IMG/VR virus record: IMGVR_UViG_3300035501_001769
Span: 8,158 to 72,157 of that record
Origin: a virus
Lineage: Duplodnaviria; Caudoviricetes
Length of the DNA: 64,000 bases
Reading direction: 5' to 3' (one strand)
The notes under the pieces were generated by a model, which saw only the letters and a program-made list of their open reading frames with translations, ran no database searches and had not been told where the DNA came from. Of the stretch, positions 50,998 to 60,688 are shown piece after piece (within the stretch, counting starts at the first letter, position 1; every line of letters starts with the position of its first letter). A program made the position numbers and the translations under genes.

Positions 50998-52230
50998 TTA
51001 GAATTTTTGGAGTTCTACATCACCATAAGCAGCTTCGATTTTAGCTTCAATTTCAGACATTGTAGCTTTTTTTGCTGCATCTTGGTTTTCTTTGTCTTGT
51101 GCGATTTCAGCTGAAATTACTTCGCGACCGGGAATAGAAGCAAGAGTTTTTTCAACCATATCAAGATTAGTTGAAGCCATTGCAACCCAGTCGGCTTTAG
51201 CTTCAGCACCGATTTTACCTGCTGCAACGGCATCTTCGATAAGAGCTTCAATGCGAGCTGTTTTAGCTGCTGCTTCTGCATCTTGGTATTCTTTAAGTGA
51301 TGCTTTCACGGTAGCAAGTTCGGTGTTAAGGTTAGCTACTTCAGCTTCTTTGCCCATAAACTGAATGTTCAGCTCATCGAATTTAGCCTTAGCTTCATTC
51401 AATGCTTTTTCAGCTGACAAAAGTTCAGCAATGCGACCGGAAACAGTAGCAACAGCAGTATCAGCGGCAAGGCCAAGCTGTACTGCGAGAACATTTAATG
51501 TTTCGTTTTCCATTACTTGTTTATTGTGGTTTTGATTGTCTTTGTTAAGAATAGCGAGTGTTTGATTAATGAGTTGGTCTGTCTTAATGCCTTCAGTTGC
51601 AGAAGCCATAATGTCGCGCAAAGACAAAGCATCGGTAACACCTTCAATTTGATTTGATACTTGGTCACGGATGATTTTAGAAGTCTTAATTACGCAAGAT
51701 TTGTCAATGATACCTGCTGCAACAGCCTGTTTAGCAGTAAAGAATGTGCCATCAGCTCCTTCTTCACCATCCATGATGTTCTTAACTTGCTCTTTAGAAA
51801 GACCGAAACGCTTTGTGTAAATGGTTTCGAGTTGAGAGCGGAACGCTGAAACGATTTGATTTTCGTTGTCATCGCATGATTTGAGGAATGGATTGTGAAT
51901 CATAAGAAGCGAATAATCGTGCATCATGATATTTTTGCCGGCAGACCAAATAACACTGGCCATTGATGCGGCAACACCTTCGATTACACATTCAACTTCA
52001 ATTGGGCATGATTGAATTACTGAAAAGACGCTCATGCCATGAACAACAGAACCACCCTCAGAATTGATAAGAACAACAATCTTAGACGGTTTAACGCAAT
52101 CTTGGAGCCAGAGAAACTCGTCATTGAAACATTGGCAGTTGTAGCTATCCACAGCACCAAAGAATCGAATGACAGCAGGTTGGTTAAACTCTGCTTTTCC
52201 TACTACGTGTTTTAGATTATTTATGTCCAT
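50998..52230 (-). CDS. ClpP-like prohead protease fused to a scaffold domain
   Basis: INSEGGSV, GVAASMAS, LMIHNP; alanine-rich coiled-coil C-terminal half. Confidence 0.88.
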   Translation of the reverse strand: MDINNLKHVVGKAEFNQPAVIRFFGAVDSYNCQCFNDEFLWLQDCVKPSKIVVLINSEGGSVVHGMSVFSVIQSCPIEVECVIEGVAASMASVIWSAGKNIMMHDYSLLMIHNPFLKSCDDNENQIVSAFRSQLETIYTKRFGLSKEQVKNIMDGEEGADGTFFTAKQAVAAGIIDKSCVIKTSKIIRDQVSNQIEGVTDALSLRDIMASATEGIKTDQLINQTLAILNKDNQNHNKQVMENETLNVLAVQLGLAADTAVATVSGRIAELLSAEKALNEAKAKFDELNIQFMGKEAEVANLNTELATVKASLKEYQDAEAAAKTARIEALIEDAVAAGKIGAEAKADWVAMASTNLDMVEKTLASIPGREVISAEIAQDKENQDAAKKATMSEIEAKIEAAYGDVELQKF

Positions 52231-52268
52231 TGTGTTTTTCTGAAGAATAGATTTTATATTCTGAAATG

Positions 52269-52988
52269 TTAACTTTTTCCGTTGGCTATCGTACTCACAT
52301 CCTTGTACGATATATCTTTATGGTCAGGAAGATGATTGGGGTTTGCAGTTTCGTTTTGGTCCGAATGGTCAGTGAACGGAGGAACCACCAAATATCGAGT
52401 TACAAAATTCTTATAACGATATGAACTGTAATCACGAAAATAAACCTCATACGTTATCCAACATTGCTGTAATCCGTCATCAAAACTTTCAACTTGGTCC
52501 CAGTATGTCAGTTGTAAACGCTCAGTCAAAACAGAGAACTTGTTTTTATTGTCATTGAGCGCAGTATTGATACGCTGAAAGACCTTCATACACTCCGTTT
52601 GATACTCGTCATCGTTATAATCCAAACGATTTAAGATGTAGCATATTCGCAAATCTGCACGACCCTCACCAATACGGTCAGTAGACACCAACCATCGAAC
52701 ATTTATCAGGTGAGCCAAAGCTGCCGGAAAAGAGAATTGAGATTCGGTGTTAGCTGTGGAGCTTCGGATGCGCGTAAGTTGTCCTGTGTTGGCTTTTACG
52801 GTCTTAAATAACTTCGGACCATCAGGGTTGTTTTCATCTTCCGGAATATCTTTTAAGATGCTCAAAATCGCTTCAATCACATCTACCATCGGGTTGCCAT
52901 CGAAAATGGTAGCATCCGCAGTGTCTGTGCTTTCAATAGCATCTTCCGCATCCGGTACAATCGGAGATGGTTTTTTATCGACTATCAT
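52269..52988 (-). CDS. Neck/tail terminator-like protein
   Basis: Position between virion morphogenesis and protease genes. Confidence 0.4.
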   Translation of the reverse strand: MIVDKKPSPIVPDAEDAIESTDTADATIFDGNPMVDVIEAILSILKDIPEDENNPDGPKLFKTVKANTGQLTRIRSSTANTESQFSFPAALAHLINVRWLVSTDRIGEGRADLRICYILNRLDYNDDEYQTECMKVFQRINTALNDNKNKFSVLTERLQLTYWDQVESFDDGLQQCWITYEVYFRDYSSYRYKNFVTRYLVVPPFTDHSDQNETANPNHLPDHKDISYKDVSTIANGKS

Positions 52989-53003
52989 TAAGGTTATAGA
53001 TTA

Positions 53004-53507
53004 TTATTTGGGGAACTTATCGAAAATCAGCTTTTCTAACTCTTGTAACTCGCCCAACAAATAGGTTGAATGACCCATAAATTTACGTTCATATTTAGGT
53101 CCGCACATTGGCTTAACAACAAGCGATTTAAAATTATTATGGACCGCTGCGTAACAGAAACCTTTGTGTCGTTTCTGAGATGTGAATTTAGTTGGGTCTG
53201 TAAATACTTTAGCATGGTCTGTCAACAGATTAGGTGCAACCGTTGCGTGTGATGATGTGCGTGCTACGATTGAATTACGAAGTGTGCCTGTTTCTTGCAG
53301 CAAGGGGTGGCTCTGCTTTTTCTTTGATACTCGCTTGTGCCATTTCTTACCGTCAGCAGAATAAAACCGTTTTTCGTCAAAAGATTTATCGAAAATCTCT
53401 AAAGCTGCCTTACTTGCCAACACGGTAAAGTTATGCACGTTGACAGTAATCGCATGGGGCAGATCAACCCACTGAGCATGGAGTGTTTCAGGCTTTATCT
53501 TTCTCAT
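53004..53507 (-). CDS. Phage virion morphogenesis (tail completion) protein
   Basis: SFDEKRF...W...HPLLQETGTLRNSI...YAAVHN...RKFMG. Confidence 0.8.
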   Translation of the reverse strand: MRKIKPETLHAQWVDLPHAITVNVHNFTVLASKAALEIFDKSFDEKRFYSADGKKWHKRVSKKKQSHPLLQETGTLRNSIVARTSSHATVAPNLLTDHAKVFTDPTKFTSQKRHKGFCYAAVHNNFKSLVVKPMCGPKYERKFMGHSTYLLGELQELEKLIFDKFPK

Positions 53508-54357
53508 AATACTTGCGCTTAATTCGTTTAGCTATCGCGGTAAGTTTGTCAAAGTGTTCTTCCTTAACTTCAAAATAAGGATGATACTCTGAAAAGATAC
53601 GACCACCATAGGCTACGCTCTCCTGAAATGTCTTATTAAACCATTCAGGCATTTCAATCTGTCTGCTTGTACTTGCCGCTTCAACGCTGTTAAATATGGT
53701 ATCTTCCACCAAATAACAACGACATTGATGTTCTATCGGTGGAATTAGCCATGAGGGGAAATCACGCTTAGGAGCGGTATAGCCTTCAAAAGCGAGGTGC
53801 CAAGGTCTAACACGTTCATCGCCTTGCGTCATGTACATCAGAATGGTATTATTATCCCACTCGTAGATTTGTCGAGCAACATACATGGCATAGAATACAT
53901 CTTCATTCTCCACCTTTGCATATCGCTGATTGTATTTGGCGCAAATTGCAGCTAAGAACGCTTCATCAACCTCCTCATCAGATTCCTCAGCTTCCGAAAT
54001 TTCATCAAGCATTTGATATTCTTCGACAACGGCAAAATCTACAAGATTGTCGATGGCTGCAACGATGATGTTAACTCGTTCCTGCTCTTGTGCGGTCAGG
54101 GTGTTGTTATCCTTCTCTGAAATGTAATCTAACGCTTCAGTAACGGTAATACCAAAACCTTCACAAGCGTATTTAATCATCTGTCCGGCTCGTATATCCA
54201 TGATGTCCTCTAATGAATCCCACGGCTCATCATCTTTTTCGACATTGTGAATAAACCGCCAAAAAGCAGCCAACAATACTTCAAAGTCCTTCTTATTGTC
54301 CTCATCAGAAATTGTTGGCACTGCTTTGGCATTTATAGATAAAAGTGGATTGCTCAT
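53488..54357 (-). CDS. Head morphogenesis protein (Mu gpF/SPP1 gp7-like)
   Basis: YMTQGDERVRPWH...PPIEHQCRC. Confidence 0.85.
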   Translation of the reverse strand: MSNPLLSINAKAVPTISDEDNKKDFEVLLAAFWRFIHNVEKDDEPWDSLEDIMDIRAGQMIKYACEGFGITVTEALDYISEKDNNTLTAQEQERVNIIVAAIDNLVDFAVVEEYQMLDEISEAEESDEEVDEAFLAAICAKYNQRYAKVENEDVFYAMYVARQIYEWDNNTILMYMTQGDERVRPWHLAFEGYTAPKRDFPSWLIPPIEHQCRCYLVEDTIFNSVEAASTSRQIEMPEWFNKTFQESVAYGGRIFSEYHPYFEVKEEHFDKLTAIAKRIKRKYYEKDKA

Positions 54358-55655
54358 TTCTTTCCTCTCAGGAAATTAGCTACTGCACCTCTTGGATGAC
54401 CATAACGCTTCAAATATTCGTCATCAGTCATAGCTCCTGCTTGGGAACCACCTGAAGTACCACCGGTGCTTGTTTGCATACTTTTGAATTGCTTGCCAAC
54501 GACAATACCAAATGTCTTTTCAATCTCATCAGGCGCAACTTCATAGTTGTTGAGCAACATGGTGTATAGGTCGATTTGGTCCTTATTTGACATCTCCAGA
54601 CGTTTAGAGTATTTAAACTCCAATCCGGGTTTAATGTAACCCATTTGAACAAGTCTGGGAATAACTTCCTCGTTCATCATGTTCTCAATGTATTCACGAT
54701 ACACTTCAACACGGTCACGGAAGATGTCCTCATGCGCTCTTGTTGAACCGACATAAGACTGAGTTGCACCTGCCATTGACTCAGAACCAAGAATCAAGTT
54801 AGACACTTCGGCATTTACCATCTCAATCAAACTGGTGAAGATTTTTTCCGAGTTAGACATCGTGAACGTCTTAACATCAAGTTCATCATCTTTGCCGGTC
54901 ACGACAACCTTATTCTGAGCCGCGCTTGCAATCTCGTTGGCTAAACGCTGTCTATCCTCATTGCTTTCAGATACGGTTTTTCCGTGGATAATAGGTTGTC
55001 CGTAGGTATGTGAGAAGTTAACAAAGTTAGCCAGTGTAAATTTCTTAGCCAATATGATAGGAGAGGTAGCAGAAAACAAACCTAATGTGCCTGAGTTAAT
55101 AAGGATGTAGTTGTTTTGATACACCTTATCATCGAAATTCCAACCGGGGGTCCAAATGCCTTGTCTTTGTACGATACGGCGTTGGTCGGCAAGAATGTTT
55201 CTTCGCTCCAGAATATTCACGGTTTTCAATTTGCCTGTACGCTCATCTATATCGGGCAGAATTTCCAAAGCTGTATAGCCATAGAGTTTTGATTCAACAA
55301 TACCTCTAATGATTTTGACAAACTGAGTGCCTTGAATTTTCTTGGTTTCCTCAACATCTTTGATGTATCTGCCTTTCTCATTTTGTCGGGCAAGCATATA
55401 GCGTTCACCAATAATCTGAGATTCCAAGGTTTCAAGTACGGATGACAGGTGTGCGTCTTGTTGTACACACGCCTCGTAGATGTCCATTAATTTAGCGCGG
55501 TCATCCAGAATAGTGCCATCTATAACTTGGTGCTGAACGGATTTAAAACGACAGTATCGCTCTATTTCGCGCACATATTCCTGAATTGTCTTTTTATTGG
55601 TACGGAAGATACTTTCCAACAATTTAATATTGAATTGTTGTTCGTCTGTACTCAT
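54354..55655 (-). CDS. Portal protein (DUF935/Mu gp29-like)
   Basis: DAHLSSV, FSHTYGQP, SNLILG...T...GSTRAHE; start set at MSTDEQ (55655). Confidence 0.85.
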   Translation of the reverse strand: MSTDEQQFNIKLLESIFRTNKKTIQEYVREIERYCRFKSVQHQVIDGTILDDRAKLMDIYEACVQQDAHLSSVLETLESQIIGERYMLARQNEKGRYIKDVEETKKIQGTQFVKIIRGIVESKLYGYTALEILPDIDERTGKLKTVNILERRNILADQRRIVQRQGIWTPGWNFDDKVYQNNYILINSGTLGLFSATSPIILAKKFTLANFVNFSHTYGQPIIHGKTVSESNEDRQRLANEIASAAQNKVVVTGKDDELDVKTFTMSNSEKIFTSLIEMVNAEVSNLILGSESMAGATQSYVGSTRAHEDIFRDRVEVYREYIENMMNEEVIPRLVQMGYIKPGLEFKYSKRLEMSNKDQIDLYTMLLNNYEVAPDEIEKTFGIVVGKQFKSMQTSTGGTSGGSQAGAMTDDEYLKRYGHPRGAVANFLRGKK

Positions 55656-55843
55656 TGTAAATAGTTTCAATAGAATAGACACACGCATATTTATCTGTTG
55701 TGCGTTGTTACAGAAACGTAAAATGTTACAGCACACAAATCCTGTATTGTGATTAATTATCTTAATTGCGTATTATCAGCACTTTAAAAGTTAATAATAT
55801 GTTAAGATGCTATTTTGCGGTTGTTTTTGTTAATCTAATGGGT

Positions 55844-55851
55844 TAAATTTG
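55844..55851 (+). promoter_or_regulatory. Bacteroidota sigma-A -7 element (TAAATTTG)
   Basis: Matches TAnnTTTG, 28 nt upstream of the first plus-strand gene, at the strand switch. Confidence 0.65.
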
Positions 55852-55879
55852 CGACACATAACCAAAAAAGTTATCAAAA

Positions 55880-56419
55880 ATGAACGAATCACAAAATTAC
55901 TATCGAATTAAGATGTCGTGGTTGGGCGTGGGTCAAGATGGTACCGCTGAAACCAACAAGACAGAAGATTTGGTCTTAGCGTCATCTTATACCGAAGCTG
56001 AGAAGGTGGCGTATGCGCTTATTGAGAACCAAAACCGAAGCCGCATCTCAGACGAAATCAATTTCGAGATTATCAAAACAAAAATTTCAGATTTGATTTA
56101 CAACGACACCCTTACAAAAGATGATAATCTTCTTTGCGGTTTAGTGTACAGCTACTTTGAAGAAGAACAAAACTCAGGCGTTGGCTTGTATGCTTGTAAA
56201 CTTGCATTGCTGACAATTGACGAGAAAACAGCCAAAGAAAAATGGTCATCAACCACTGTCTACACTCCGGCTAAAAGCAATACGGATGCCGCCAGAATCA
56301 TAACAGACGATATGAATAAACGTATGGTTGATTTTATTATTCGCGACATCAAGTTTGATAAAGCCGAGTCAATTATTCTTCCCCCCAGCACCTATCAACA
56401 CATGACTGAAAGTTATTAA
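55880..56419 (+). CDS. DUF4494-like protein
   Basis: Two-repeat pattern: EDLVLASSYTEAE / YACKLALLTIDEKTAKEK; a family I associate with Bacteroidota. Confidence 0.7.
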   Translation: MNESQNYYRIKMSWLGVGQDGTAETNKTEDLVLASSYTEAEKVAYALIENQNRSRISDEINFEIIKTKISDLIYNDTLTKDDNLLCGLVYSYFEEEQNSGVGLYACKLALLTIDEKTAKEKWSSTTVYTPAKSNTDAARIITDDMNKRMVDFIIRDIKFDKAESIILPPSTYQHMTESY

Positions 56420-56899
56420 ATGATTGACCTTCGTTCCGCGAAGCCTATAAAATTCAACTGCACCGAGCAGGGCTTCCCGGAATTTCCCAAACTGAAATTG
56501 GGAACTACCAATGACACTAACGTCACTTTGTTTGACGTGTCAGAATACCTACAAGGATTCACCTCATCTACCACCATTGAAGGATTCTTCTTAGCCTTCA
56601 ATCACCAAATTAAAACACTTCTGAAGTCCTATGATTTGAAAGAGTCAGAAGTTGTTTTCATCAACGAATCAAAACACATCTTGCTTGATTCTTGTTTGAT
56701 GTATCTGTTCCTGTCTTACGTTGAACCACATTTTCTGGCTCACATCAATGATAAAATACACGAAATGTTCGCTGAAGGGGTGTGCATTTCAGATTCCTAC
56801 CTATTGATGAAAGCGAGAAAGAATTTAACACCGGATATAATTTTTCCTGACGATTATGGGAGAGGCAGACAAGAGCTTGCGAGTGCTTCTATTCAATAG
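56420..56899 (+). CDS. Hypothetical protein (possible DNA-binding, KilA/Bro-like N-terminus)
   Basis: 159-aa ORF abutting both neighbours. Confidence 0.5.
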   Translation: MIDLRSAKPIKFNCTEQGFPEFPKLKLGTTNDTNVTLFDVSEYLQGFTSSTTIEGFFLAFNHQIKTLLKSYDLKESEVVFINESKHILLDSCLMYLFLSYVEPHFLAHINDKIHEMFAEGVCISDSYLLMKARKNLTPDIIFPDDYGRGRQELASASIQ

Positions 56900-57179
56900 C
56901 TCAAAAAAACTAATTGCCATTTTCGCATCTCCATATTTCGCAGGTAAAACTCTCAATATAGCCACAGCCAACGTTAAAAAGGCTTGTGACGGTACTTCAA
57001 TATCTTGTAAGTCGATGTACTTTCGGTATCTCCGTGATGACATCGAAATTGACGAAAGTGACTTCGGTCAACTTACAGTCAGCTTGTATGATATTTTGTG
57101 CCGAAATAAACGCAAAGTCTACCGCGACAAGCGTATGTCGAAAACAGGCATATATATACCAACCGAAAATAAAAAATAA
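56856..57179 (+). CDS. NUMOD1-like DNA-binding protein
   Basis: VLLFNSSKKLIAIFAS...A...I...NVKKACDG....CKSMYFRY. Confidence 0.55.
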   Translation: MGEADKSLRVLLFNSSKKLIAIFASPYFAGKTLNIATANVKKACDGTSISCKSMYFRYLRDDIEIDESDFGQLTVSLYDILCRNKRKVYRDKRMSKTGIYIPTENKK

Positions 57180-57199
57180 CAAACGAAATTCAAAACAAG

Positions 57200-57691
57200 A
57201 TGGACAATACAATTATGGCACCACAACCATCATACGTGGGTGCTATCGACATCAAAATCATCAACAAATCTAAATACGGACTTCCAGCTTATCAAACTTC
57301 AGGTGCTGCCGGCATGGATATTTGCGCCAATGTAGATGAGCCTGTAACTATCGCTCCGGGCGAAAGGGTTGCAATCCCCACAGGTCTACACATCAGCCTA
57401 CCTGAAGGTTTGGAATTACAAATCAGACCGCGCTCAGGTAACGCCATCAAATACGGCATTACAGTATGCAACACACCCGGAACCATTGATTGCGACTTCC
57501 GTGGTGAAATCAAGATTATCCTAATCAATCATGGCAACCAAGATTTTGTTGTCAATGGGGGAGATCGTGTCGCTCAGGGCGTAATCACAAACTACATTCG
57601 CGGTAATTGGGTCGAAGTTGACTCATTAGACGAAACTGAACGCGGTGTCGGTGGTTTTGGTCATACAGGCTTAAAATACACCAAAGAATAA
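57200..57691 (+). CDS. dut: dUTPase (trimeric)
   Basis: AGMD, RPRSG, GTIDCDFRGEI, RVAQG, RGVGGFGHTG. Confidence 0.95.
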   Translation: MDNTIMAPQPSYVGAIDIKIINKSKYGLPAYQTSGAAGMDICANVDEPVTIAPGERVAIPTGLHISLPEGLELQIRPRSGNAIKYGITVCNTPGTIDCDFRGEIKIILINHGNQDFVVNGGDRVAQGVITNYIRGNWVEVDSLDETERGVGGFGHTGLKYTKE

Positions 57692-57736
57692 CACCCATCG
57701 CAATTAACCTTAACAATAATCATCACGGCTACGCTC

Positions 57737-58591
57737 ATGACATCACAAAGTAATTTAAACAACTCACTTGAACAGGTCTACTCTCATCCGGCTTTAGGCA
57801 CGATGAGAGTAACCGAAATCAACGACCAGCCGGCTTTTTGCTTGGCAGATATTTGCAAAATTCTCGGACTTGGAAACACTTCCAAAGTTAAATCACGTCT
57901 TGACAACTCTCGCTGTTATGCTATTGATTTAGCCGACATCGAAGGTATCGACCTTCTGAACCCACGCAAACAAGTTGCCACATTTGTTGATGAAAGCAAC
58001 TTGTATCGTTGCATCATTCGTTCTCGCAAGCCATGCGCTACACCGTTTCAAGACTGGATATGCAAAGAGGTTCTGCCGGCTATCAGACGCACAGGCGGCT
58101 ACATGATAGAACAACCACACGAGAGCAATGAAGAATTACTTGCTCGCGCTCTTTCTGTGGCTCAGGACACGTTAAACAGACGAGAGGAAAGGCTCAGGTC
58201 GTTGGAAAGTGAGAACTTACAACTGAGTGATTCTAATGCCAAACTTGTTTCTTGCAATAGGCATCAGCATGAGATTATTGGAGGACTAACACGCAACATA
58301 ACTCTCGCAGATATGCGCCAACGGCTTGTGCAAATCATGAGGAAACGCTCACGATACACAGGTTATTGGTCACTGCTGTATGGCGAATTTGATAAGAAGT
58401 TCCACATCAACGTAGCTTTCCGTATGCGCAATGCTCAGTTTAAAGGCAGTCAACTTGGCTACATTGCCGACAAACTTGATATGCTGCCGGAACTTTTCGA
58501 CCTCGCTTGCAAACTCTTTGAAGGCACTTATGATGACCTAATTGATTCATGGAGTAAAACAGTCAAATCTATTGTTCAAGATGATGAATAA
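57737..58591 (+). CDS. BRO-N domain antirepressor-like protein
   Basis: FCLADICKILGL, FVDESNLY..I.RSRKP, FQDWICKEVLPAIRRTGGY. Confidence 0.88.
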   Translation: MTSQSNLNNSLEQVYSHPALGTMRVTEINDQPAFCLADICKILGLGNTSKVKSRLDNSRCYAIDLADIEGIDLLNPRKQVATFVDESNLYRCIIRSRKPCATPFQDWICKEVLPAIRRTGGYMIEQPHESNEELLARALSVAQDTLNRREERLRSLESENLQLSDSNAKLVSCNRHQHEIIGGLTRNITLADMRQRLVQIMRKRSRYTGYWSLLYGEFDKKFHINVAFRMRNAQFKGSQLGYIADKLDMLPELFDLACKLFEGTYDDLIDSWSKTVKSIVQDDE

Positions 58592-60527
58592 ACCAGAAAT
58601 AGATGCCTTAGTAGAGAGAATCCAGAAATGCAATACGGCTTATCGTATGGGGCAACCTGAAATATCGGATGCTGAGTACGATAAGCTCGTAGAGCATCTT
58701 CGTGAGATAGCTCCCGAACACGAATGGCTAAAGACACTTGAACCGGCACCGGTCAGTTCAAAACGAAAAGTAAAGCTACCCATCCCGATGAAGTCGCTAA
58801 ACAAAGTGAAGTCATTCGATGGTGTTCTCAGTTGGCTAAAAAGTTTGGCTCTAAACAGCAACACCAAACTCGTAGTCATGCCAAAGTTCGATGGCATATC
58901 ATTGTTACACGATGAAGTATCGAACAAGGCTTACTCTCGTGGTGGTTCAGAAAATGAAGGTCAAGATTGCACTTCTCACTTCAATGTATGGCAGCCTGAA
59001 TTTAAGCCGGTTACGGATAGTCCTGCTTTCACTTTTGGCGAATTTGTGTTCTGTCGCGCCACGTGGAACAATTTGTTTGAAGGTAAAATCTCACCTGAAA
59101 CCGACAAACCGTATGTTTCTCCACGCAACACCGTTGCAGGTTTTATTAATCGAGATTTGCCATCTCCGCTTTTGCAACATATTGATTTTCACCGATATGG
59201 CATTGATGACATCTCGCGTGAAAACTATACGACTTACTATGCCCTCTACAAAAGTCTTTGCAAAATGTACAATCAGCCAGCTTTGTGCCTTGAAACAACT
59301 GCAAAGGAATTGAGTGGGTCGTTGCTACACGAATTATACGCAACATGGCAAAAGGCTTATTACATTGATGGACTTGTAATCTATATTAACGACTTGAATA
59401 TGTGGGATGTAATCGGTAGACACCAAACTACCGGCAACCCAATGTATGCAATTGCCTATAAACACCCCAGTTTCACTGAAGTATTTGAAACAACCGTTTT
59501 AGATGTGACGTGGAACATTGCCAAATCAGGTGCATTTAAACCTGTTGTAAATATCGAAACAGTCAATGTTGGTGACTGCCTTATCAACCAACCGACCGGC
59601 TATAATGCCGGCTGGATAAAAGTCCATAAGATTGCACCGGGAGCTATTGTCAAAATAACTCGTTCCGGTGGTGTTATCCCGAAGATTATGGAAATCGTTA
59701 GAACAGCTTCTGAAGAAAGCATTATCAAAATGTGGAATGACCTATCGACCTGCCCCATTTGCGGAGGCAAAACAAGGTGGAGCGATAGCCAAGTAGAATT
59801 GATTTGTACCAACCCTGATTGTGATGGCGTTCAGTTAGCCAAGCTCATCTTCTTCTTTGAAACTTGTGGAGTTGACGGTCTTGGCGATGAAACATTCAAT
59901 AAGCTCTATCAAAACGGTTTTAAGACCGTCAAAGACTTACTCGAAGCATCATATCAGAAATTATTATCTTGCGACAACTTAGGGCCGGCAATAGTAGAAA
60001 TAATCATCCAGAACGCGCTGCGCATTAAAGACGGTGTTGATATGCCGACAATGATGCAAGCCAGTGATTGTTTTTCCGGTATTGGCAAAATCAAAGCACA
60101 GAAACTTCTCGATTCACTCTCTGAAGATGATTTGCAGAAGTTCTACAACCTCGACTTTCACCCGAACACTGAAAGTGTAGATTTGCAATCACTGCCAAAA
60201 ACCACTCAGTCATTCTATTCCGGACTCGATAAGTTCTATAAGTTCATAACTCGAAACAATCTCAAAATCCTCAAACCTGAACCCAAAGCGGAAGTAAACG
60301 CTGACGGACCGCTGAAAGGCGAGGCTATTTGCTTCTCAGGGTTCCGCGATTTTGAGTTGGAAGCAGCCATCATTCTCAACGGTGGCACGATAGTTTCGGG
60401 TGTTTCTAAAAAGACCACTATGTTGATAGTTAAAGACATAAATTCTTCATCTTCAAAAATCACTAAGGCTCAAAACCTTGGTGTGAAGATTATTCCGGTG
60501 AGCGACTTTTACAAAAGTCTGACGTGA
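58581..60527 (+). CDS. ligA: NAD-dependent DNA ligase
   Basis: ISDAEYD, KFDG adenylation motif, PRN..AG, DGLVI, Zn finger CPIC...C..C, C-terminal BRCT (VSKKT). Confidence 0.95.
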   Translation: MMNKPEIDALVERIQKCNTAYRMGQPEISDAEYDKLVEHLREIAPEHEWLKTLEPAPVSSKRKVKLPIPMKSLNKVKSFDGVLSWLKSLALNSNTKLVVMPKFDGISLLHDEVSNKAYSRGGSENEGQDCTSHFNVWQPEFKPVTDSPAFTFGEFVFCRATWNNLFEGKISPETDKPYVSPRNTVAGFINRDLPSPLLQHIDFHRYGIDDISRENYTTYYALYKSLCKMYNQPALCLETTAKELSGSLLHELYATWQKAYYIDGLVIYINDLNMWDVIGRHQTTGNPMYAIAYKHPSFTEVFETTVLDVTWNIAKSGAFKPVVNIETVNVGDCLINQPTGYNAGWIKVHKIAPGAIVKITRSGGVIPKIMEIVRTASEESIIKMWNDLSTCPICGGKTRWSDSQVELICTNPDCDGVQLAKLIFFFETCGVDGLGDETFNKLYQNGFKTVKDLLEASYQKLLSCDNLGPAIVEIIIQNALRIKDGVDMPTMMQASDCFSGIGKIKAQKLLDSLSEDDLQKFYNLDFHPNTESVDLQSLPKTTQSFYSGLDKFYKFITRNNLKILKPEPKAEVNADGPLKGEAICFSGFRDFELEAAIILNGGTIVSGVSKKTTMLIVKDINSSSSKITKAQNLGVKIIPVSDFYKSLT

Positions 60528-60535
60528 TTAGAAGG

Positions 60536-60566
60536 GCGTGGAAATGTTGTGTTAACATTTCCACGC
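60536..60566. terminator. 13-bp perfect-stem hairpin after ligA
   Basis: GCGTGGAAATGTT-GTGTT-AACATTTCCACGC. Confidence 0.7.
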
Positions 60567-60647
60567 TAATTTATTGTCAATCAGTATCAGTTGAAAATAA
60601 TTTATGTTAAATATTGATTTTCTCTTGGATATAGTTAATATTAGGAC

Positions 60648-60655
60648 TAACTTTG
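60648..60655 (+). promoter_or_regulatory. Bacteroidota sigma-A -7 element (TAACTTTG)
   Basis: Matches TAnnTTTG, 33 nt upstream of the recombinase ATG. Confidence 0.65.
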
Positions 60656-60688
60656 CCAACGAAAGTGAAACAAATAAAATATAATATC

